Origin: a bacterium
GTDB taxonomy: Bacteria > Lernaellota > Lernaellaia > Lernaellales > Lernaellaceae
NCBI GenBank assembly: GCA_036725605.1
Contig: DAIMDW010000026.1
Location: 832 to 64,831 of the forward strand
DNA: 64,000 bases
Direction of reading: 5' to 3'
Shown: one piece after another, positions 58,652-64,000 of the stretch
Numbering within the stretch: position 1 is the stretch's first letter
Layout: each line of letters starts with the position of its first letter
Notes under the pieces: generated by a model
The model's input: the letters and a program-made list of their open reading frames with translations, nothing else
Database searches by the model: none
Told to the model about the DNA's origin: nothing
Position numbers and translations under genes: made by a program

Positions 58652-59647
58652 ATGGATCTGCCGGGATTTTCGTTCGACTTGTCCACGACCTTGTCGCAGG
58701 CGACGCCGCCCGACCCGGGCACGGTGTACGACCTGTTGATCGTCGGCGGCGGTCCGGCGGCGATGACCGCCGTGGTCTACGCCGCGCGCAAAACCATGCG
58801 CCTGGCCATGCTGGCCAAGGACGTCGGCGGCCAGATGGGCTGGACCTCGGAAATCGAAAACTACATGGGCTTCCAGACGATCAGCGGCAAGGAACTGACG
58901 CAGAAATTCCGCGAGCAGGTCGAACAGTTCGACGTGCCCATCGCGCTGGACCAAAACGTGACGACGATCGAAAAACACGACGAGTTGTTCGTCGCCACGC
59001 TCGAAAACGGCCAACGCTTTCGCGGCCGCACGCTGATCATCGCCACCGGCAAGCGCGACCGCCCGTTGAACGTGCCCGGCGAAAAACAGTTCGTCGGCAA
59101 GGGCGTGGCCTACTGCGCCACCTGCGACGCGCCGTTCTACAAAGAGAAAACGGTGGTCGTCGCCGGCGGCGGCAACAGCGCCTTCACCGCCGCGCTGGAC
59201 TTGCTCAAGGTCGGCGCCGCGGTGACGCTGGTCAACTTCGCGCCCGGCTGGCAGGCCGACGAGGTGATGCGCAAGTCGCTGGACCGCTTCGGCGACCAGG
59301 TGACCTATCTCGACGAGCACCAGGTCGTCGCCGTCGAAGGCGAAGCGCGCGTGAACGCCGTGCGCGTCAAGGATCGCCGGACCGGCGAGGAGAAGCGCCT
59401 GGCGGTCGACGGCATCTTCGTCGAGATCGGCTTGCTGCCCAACAGCGAGCCGCTGGGTGAACTGGCCGAACTAAACGCGCACAACGAACTGATCGTCGAT
59501 TGCCACTGCCGCACCAGCGTGCCCGGCCTGTTCGGGGCCGGCGACGTGACCACGGTGCCGTTCAAACAGATCGTCATTTCGGCGGGCGAGGGCGCCAAGG
59601 CGGCGCTGTCGGCCTACGATTACCTGACCCAACATGGACATTTGTAA
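58652..59647 (+). CDS. trxB: Thioredoxin-disulfide reductase (pyridine nucleotide-disulfide oxidoreductase).
   Basis: FAD motif LLIVGGGPAAMTAVVYAA, redox-active CATC (GVAYCATCDAPFY), NAD(P) motif VVVAGGGNSAFTAA, and C-terminal GLFGAGDV. Confidence 0.85.
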   Translation: MDLPGFSFDLSTTLSQATPPDPGTVYDLLIVGGGPAAMTAVVYAARKTMRLAMLAKDVGGQMGWTSEIENYMGFQTISGKELTQKFREQVEQFDVPIALDQNVTTIEKHDELFVATLENGQRFRGRTLIIATGKRDRPLNVPGEKQFVGKGVAYCATCDAPFYKEKTVVVAGGGNSAFTAALDLLKVGAAVTLVNFAPGWQADEVMRKSLDRFGDQVTYLDEHQVVAVEGEARVNAVRVKDRRTGEEKRLAVDGIFVEIGLLPNSEPLGELAELNAHNELIVDCHCRTSVPGLFGAGDVTTVPFKQIVISAGEGAKAALSAYDYLTQHGHL

Positions 59648-59659
59648 GGAGGACCGGTT

Positions 59660-60304
59660 ATGGGACTGCTCAAAGAAAAAGACGCCAAACAACTACAGGA
59701 CGCGTTCGCGCAACTGCCGCACGAGGTGAAGCTGCTGTTTTTCACCCAGGAGCACGAGTGCGAGTATTGCCAGATCACCCGCGAGCTGGTCACCGAGCTG
59801 GCCGGCCTGTCGGAGAAGATCACCCTCGAAACCTATGACTTCGTTGCCGACAAGCAGGTCGCCGAGCAATACAACATCGACAAGATTCCGGCGATCGTGG
59901 TGATGGGCGAGCGCGACTACGGCATCCGCCTGTACGGCGTGCCGGCCGGGTACGAGTTCGCCACGCTGGTCGAGGACGTCATCGACGTGGGCCGCCGCGA
60001 TCCGGGCCTGCCCGCCGAGATCGTCGCCGCGTTGCAAAAGATCGACCAACCGGTGCGCCTGCAGGTGATGGTTTCGCCGACCTGCCCCTACTGCCCGCGC
60101 GCCGTACGCACCGCGCACAAGTTCGCCATGATCAACGAACACATCGTCGGCGACATGGTCGAAATCAGCGAGTTCCCGTTCCTCGCGCAAAAGTACGATG
60201 TGCAGGGCGTGCCCAAAACCGTGATCAACGACAAGTGGGACGTGGTCGGCGCGGCGCCCGAACAGCAGTTCCTGGCGAAGATTCAGGAAGCGCTCGCCGG
60301 CTGA
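59660..60304 (+). CDS. Glutaredoxin-like protein disulfide oxidoreductase with two thioredoxin-fold units.
   Basis: Two CxxC motifs (CEYC; CPYCP), each in thioredoxin-like spacing. It lies immediately downstream of trxB. Confidence 0.7.
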   Translation: MGLLKEKDAKQLQDAFAQLPHEVKLLFFTQEHECEYCQITRELVTELAGLSEKITLETYDFVADKQVAEQYNIDKIPAIVVMGERDYGIRLYGVPAGYEFATLVEDVIDVGRRDPGLPAEIVAALQKIDQPVRLQVMVSPTCPYCPRAVRTAHKFAMINEHIVGDMVEISEFPFLAQKYDVQGVPKTVINDKWDVVGAAPEQQFLAKIQEALAG

Positions 60305-60372
60305 TTCGCTCTTTCAATCGCGCGGACGCGGATGGTAAAACATTCGCGTCCGTTTCATTTAAGGAGGCCGCG

Positions 60373-60861
60373 ATGGATTCGATCACCCTGACGCCGATCG
60401 GCATCGTTCATTCGCCGCACAAACAGCCGCAGGGCACGCCGATTCAGCCGTGCTTCGCCCGGGGCGTCGAGGGCGAGATCGAAATTTTCCCCGCGTACGC
60501 CGCCGGCCTTAAAGACGTGGACGGCTTTTCGCACCTGCACGTCATTTACTATTTTCACCTGGCCAAGGGCTACGAACTGACCGCCACGCCTTACGCGGAC
60601 ACCGTGCCGCGCGGCCTGTTTGCCATTCGTTCGCCGCGCCGCCCCAACCCGCTGGGGCTGTCGGTCGTGCGCGTGCGCGGCGTCGAGGGCAATCGCTTGC
60701 TGGTCGCGGAAATCGACATGCTCGACGGCACGCCGGTGCTCGACCTCAAGCCGTTCAACCCGGCGATGGACCATCGCGACGACTGCCGCATCGGTTGGAT
60801 GGAAAATCGCTGGCGCGCCGATCGACCGTTGGCCGACGACGGACGTTTCGCAAAAAAATAG
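60373..60861 (+). CDS. trmO: tRNA (t6A37) methyltransferase TrmO/TsaA (YaeB family).
   Basis: IGIVHSPH...GEIEIFPAYAAGLKDVDGFSHLHVIYYFH...RSPRRPNPLGLSVVRV...LDGTPVLDLKPF is the canonical YaeB pattern. The start is preceded by AAGGAGG. Confidence 0.8.
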   Translation: MDSITLTPIGIVHSPHKQPQGTPIQPCFARGVEGEIEIFPAYAAGLKDVDGFSHLHVIYYFHLAKGYELTATPYADTVPRGLFAIRSPRRPNPLGLSVVRVRGVEGNRLLVAEIDMLDGTPVLDLKPFNPAMDHRDDCRIGWMENRWRADRPLADDGRFAKK

Positions 60862-60931
60862 GCGCGGCCTACCGTGGCGCGCGGCTCTGTGGTAAAAATC
60901 GCCTTCCAAGCAGCGATCAACGGAGAAGATC

Positions 60932-62653
60932 ATGCGCATTCGCCACGAACTGGACGCTCGAATTTCCGCCGCTTTCACCGCCCTGCTCGGCCGCGACGCT
61001 CCGGCGCTGGTGCGCAACGCCGACCCGCGCTTCGGCGACTACCAGGCCAACGGCGTGATGGGCCAGGCCAAACGCGACAAAACCAACCCGCGCGAACTGG
61101 CCGCGAAGCTGATCGCCGCGCTGGACATCGCCGACCTGTGCGCGCCGCCGGAAATCGCCGGCCCGGGGTTCATCAACCTGAAGCTGAGCGACGATTTCCT
61201 CGCCCATCGTCTGGCCGCGATGGCCGCCGACCAAGAGCGTCTGGACGTCGACAAAGTCGAAGCGCCGCAAACGATCATCGTGGATCTGTCCAGCCCGAAC
61301 GTGGCCAAGCCGCTGCACGTGGGCCATTTGCGCAGCACGATCCTGGGCGACGCGATCGTGCGCATTCTGCGTTTCCTCGGCCACCGCGTGATCGCCGACA
61401 ACCACGTGGGCGACTGGGGCACACAGTTCGGCATGCTGATCGTGGGCTTTCGCCGCTGGGGCGACGAGGACAAGCTGGCGCACAACCCGACCGACGAACT
61501 CGAGCGCGTGTACCGCCTGGCCAACGACGCGGGCAAGCAGGACGCGGCGGTCGCCGAAGAGGCGCGCGCGGAATTGGTCAAATTGCAGGCGGGCGACGCG
61601 GACAATCTGGCGCTGTGGAAGCGCTTCATCGCCGCGACGCGCGCCGAGCTGGACGTCATCTACGATCGCCTCGACGTGCACTTCGACGAGTGGCGCGGGG
61701 AAAGCGCTTACCACGACGCGCTCGCGCCGCTGGTGGAAAAGCTGCTCGCCGACGGCGTGGCGGTGATCGACGACGGCGCGACGGTGATGTTCTTCAGCGC
61801 CGAGGACAATCCGGAGTTGGTCGACAAGCCGTTTTTGATTCGCAAATCCGACGGCGCGTTTTTGTACGCGACGACCGACCTGGCCACGCTGCAATACCGC
61901 CTGGCCGCGCACGACGCCGACGAGATCGTCTACGTCGTCGACAAGCGCCAGGCGCTGCACTTCAAGCAGTTGTTCGCCGCCGCGCACAAACTCGGCTGGC
62001 GCGTGCGGCTGGCGCACGTCGACTTCGGCGCGATTCTCGGACCCGACGGGCGGCCGATCAAAACGCGCGAGGGTGGTTCGGTGCGCCTGGCTGATCTGCT
62101 GAGCGAAGCGGCCGCGCGCGCCGCGACGATCATCGAGGAGAAGAATCCCGAACTCGCCGCCGACGAACGCGCCCGCGTGGCCGAGGCGGTGGGCATCGGC
62201 GCAGTCAAGTACGCCGACCTGTCGCAGAACCGCTCCAGCGACTACCGCTTCGACTGGGACAAGCTGCTGGCCTTCGACGGCAACACCGCGCCGTACCTGC
62301 AATACGTGCACGCGCGCATCCGGTCGATCTTCCGCAAGCTCGGTGACGAGCAATGGCGGCCGGCCGCCGGGTTCACGCCGGAACTGACCCACGCCAGCGA
62401 ACGCGCGCTCACCTGCGCCCTGCTGCGTTTCGCCGACGTGGCGCACGATCTGCCGCAGGATTATCTGCTGCATCAACTGTCCGACCATCTGTTCGCGCTG
62501 GCCCAGGCCTTCAACGCGTTCTACCGCGATTGTCCGGTGCTCAGCTCGACCGGCGCGACGCTCGACACGCGCCTGACGCTGTGCCTGGTCACCGCGCGCC
62601 AGATCGCCCTGGGGCTGAATCTACTGGGCATCGCCGCGCCCGAGCGCATGTAA
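60932..62653 (+). CDS. argS: Arginine--tRNA ligase.
   Basis: HIGH-type motif PNVAKPLHVGHLRSTILGD, KMSK-region analogue, and the anticodon-binding DALR C-terminus. Confidence 0.95.
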   Translation: MRIRHELDARISAAFTALLGRDAPALVRNADPRFGDYQANGVMGQAKRDKTNPRELAAKLIAALDIADLCAPPEIAGPGFINLKLSDDFLAHRLAAMAADQERLDVDKVEAPQTIIVDLSSPNVAKPLHVGHLRSTILGDAIVRILRFLGHRVIADNHVGDWGTQFGMLIVGFRRWGDEDKLAHNPTDELERVYRLANDAGKQDAAVAEEARAELVKLQAGDADNLALWKRFIAATRAELDVIYDRLDVHFDEWRGESAYHDALAPLVEKLLADGVAVIDDGATVMFFSAEDNPELVDKPFLIRKSDGAFLYATTDLATLQYRLAAHDADEIVYVVDKRQALHFKQLFAAAHKLGWRVRLAHVDFGAILGPDGRPIKTREGGSVRLADLLSEAAARAATIIEEKNPELAADERARVAEAVGIGAVKYADLSQNRSSDYRFDWDKLLAFDGNTAPYLQYVHARIRSIFRKLGDEQWRPAAGFTPELTHASERALTCALLRFADVAHDLPQDYLLHQLSDHLFALAQAFNAFYRDCPVLSSTGATLDTRLTLCLVTARQIALGLNLLGIAAPERM

Positions 62654-62695
62654 AACCGCTGGCCGGAACGCGCGGTTGTGCTATGATGCCCCGCG

Positions 62696-63493
62696 ATGAA
62701 GAGTTCCCTGTTCAAACCGATCTACGCGCAGCGCCGGCTCCTGTGGAGCCTGGTGCAGCTCGATTTGCGCAAGCGCTACGGCGGCAGCTTCGGCGGTTTT
62801 TTCTGGTCGATCGTCAACCCGCTGCTGCAGATCGTGATCTACACGGTCGTCTTCGGGTACATCCTGTCGATCAACGTGGGCGGCAACGCCGGGCCGACGA
62901 ACTACGGCGTGTTCCTGTTCGCGGGCATGCTGCCGTGGATCGCCTTTAGCGAAGCGGTGCAGAAATCCAGCACGGTGATTCTGGAGAACAAGGAACTGGT
63001 CAAGCAGGTGCACTTCCCCTCGGTGCTGCTGCCGTTGCACGTGCTGATTTCCAGCTTCCTGCACGAGATGATCGCATTGGTTATTTTTGTGGTCATTCTG
63101 ATCGGCATCGATCAGGCGCCGCCGCTGCTGGCGATCGGCTTGGTGGCGCTGTTTCCGCTGCAACTGTTTTTTACGCTCGGGCTGTCGCTGATCGTTTCGG
63201 CGTTTCACGTGATGTACAAGGACGTGGGGCAGCTCGTCAGCGCCGTGCTGTTGCTGTGGTTTTTCTGCACGCCGATCATTTACCCGCTGTCGGTGGTGCC
63301 CGACTGGATGCAGAAGTTTTTCTACGCCAATCCGATCACCCCGCTCATCAGCGCCTATCGCGCGGCGCTGCTGCACAACGAAGTACCCAACCTGTGGTCG
63401 TTTCTGTACCTGTGCGGGCTGTCGATGGTGCTGCTGCTGATCGGTATCGGGCTGTTCCGCCGCCTGTCGCGCGACTTTGCCGACCTGCTCTGA
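62696..63493 (+). CDS. ABC-2 type polysaccharide/polyol-phosphate export permease (Wzm/KpsM/TagG-like).
   Basis: LWSLVQLDLRKRYGGSFGGFFWSIVNPLLQIVIYTVVFGYIL is the hallmark Wzm N-terminal motif. It has 6 TM helices. Confidence 0.75.
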   Translation: MKSSLFKPIYAQRRLLWSLVQLDLRKRYGGSFGGFFWSIVNPLLQIVIYTVVFGYILSINVGGNAGPTNYGVFLFAGMLPWIAFSEAVQKSSTVILENKELVKQVHFPSVLLPLHVLISSFLHEMIALVIFVVILIGIDQAPPLLAIGLVALFPLQLFFTLGLSLIVSAFHVMYKDVGQLVSAVLLLWFFCTPIIYPLSVVPDWMQKFFYANPITPLISAYRAALLHNEVPNLWSFLYLCGLSMVLLLIGIGLFRRLSRDFADLL

Positions 63494-63523
63494 TTTTTCC
63501 CCGTTTTCCACTATAATGTGGCG

Positions 63524-64000
63524 ATGTTTGACCTCGCACGCGCCCTGAGTCGGGCCGAAGAGTTGACCGCGCCGCGCTACCCGGATCATCCGGGCGTCGC
63601 CGCGTTATTGGCGCGCGCGCAAGATGAGGGCCTTCTCCACACGCAGCGCACCGCCGCGTTGCGCCTGCTGGGCGCGCTGGTCGGCGAGCCGCTGGCCGGT
63701 CCGCAGATCGTGCACCTCGATATAATCGGCACCTGCAACGCCAACTGCGTCTACTGCCGCGATCATTCGCCCTACGTCAACAACCGCGAGCCCTGGCGCA
63801 ACCGCGAGATGCCCTACGAGCTGGCCGCGCGGCTGATCGACGAGGCCGTCGCGTTGGGCGCGGAGAAGATCCCCGTGGTCGGCGCGGGCGAAAATTTGTT
63901 GCACTCGCGCTTCGCCGATCTGGTCGATCTGCTGAAACGGCAGCCCGTCGATTGGGAGGTTTACACCAACGGCCTGTTGTGGGACGACGCGATGATCCAT
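63524..64000 (+). CDS. Radical SAM protein. C-terminus is cut off by the window end.
   Basis: LDIIGTCNANCVYCRDHS contains the CxxxCxxC motif, and a later GAGENLL glycine-rich SAM motif is present. It follows the Wzm-like gene by 30 bp. The listed minus ORF 63605..64000 is an antisense shadow. Confidence 0.65.
   Translation, partial: MFDLARALSRAEELTAPRYPDHPGVAALLARAQDEGLLHTQRTAALRLLGALVGEPLAGPQIVHLDIIGTCNANCVYCRDHSPYVNNREPWRNREMPYELAARLIDEAVALGAEKIPVVGAGENLLHSRFADLVDLLKRQPVDWEVYTNGLLWDDAMIH

Noticed and set aside
62676-62684. Extended -10-like tgcTATGAT promoter before the ABC-2 permease gene.
   Set aside because: It is only about 12 nt from the ATG, with no -35 element. The permease may instead be co-transcribed with argS, which ends 42 bp upstream.

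Overview
This is a very GC-rich bacterial chromosomal segment with about 60 protein-coding genes, and I found no rRNA, tRNA, tmRNA or CRISPR array in it. The tightly packed, overlapping gene arrangement and an Rnf complex suggest a Gram-negative anaerobe-type genome. Most long ORFs in the supplied six-frame track are antisense shadows of real genes, typically Arg/Gly/His-rich with no recognisable motifs, so I picked the coding strand from conserved motifs.

Housekeeping genes I recognise:
- smpB, alaS, argS, dapF with an upstream YifL-like lipoprotein
- purN, plus a stand-alone AICAR-transformylase-domain PurH homologue
- rnfABCDGE, transaldolase, trxB, a two-domain glutaredoxin-like oxidoreductase, TrmO/TsaA, RidA, and a RecD2-type helicase

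Other features:
- A seven-gene efflux operon on the minus strand: TetR, TolC-like, HlyD, two ABC ATPases, two ABC-2 permeases.
- An ECF sigma factor, anti-sigma and Spy/CpxP-like envelope-stress module.
- A 1.4-k-aa multi-PAS hybrid histidine kinase.
- A rhomboid protease adjacent to a zinc-ribbon/TPR/TolB-like beta-propeller protein.
- A secreted heparinase-II/III-like lyase, a dodecin, and a phosphate-porin-like outer membrane protein.
- A partial radical-SAM gene at each window edge.

Accessory content:
- Three conspicuously AT-rich islands sit in the GC-rich background, at about 10.4–11.4 kb, 19.2–20.5 kb and 32.4–35.8 kb.
- The third island carries a compact four-gene cassette: a transmembrane protein, a soluble histidine-kinase-like ATPase, a receiver-only protein and a small helical protein. 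This is my best candidate for an undescribed signalling or defence-type module.
- Intergenic regions are packed with several families of short dispersed repeats of REP/MITE type. Three loci have a nested inverted-repeat architecture.
- There is a roughly 100-bp duplication of the recD2 3' end flanking a repeat-built insert, a 58-bp minisatellite, and a 30-bp tandem duplication.
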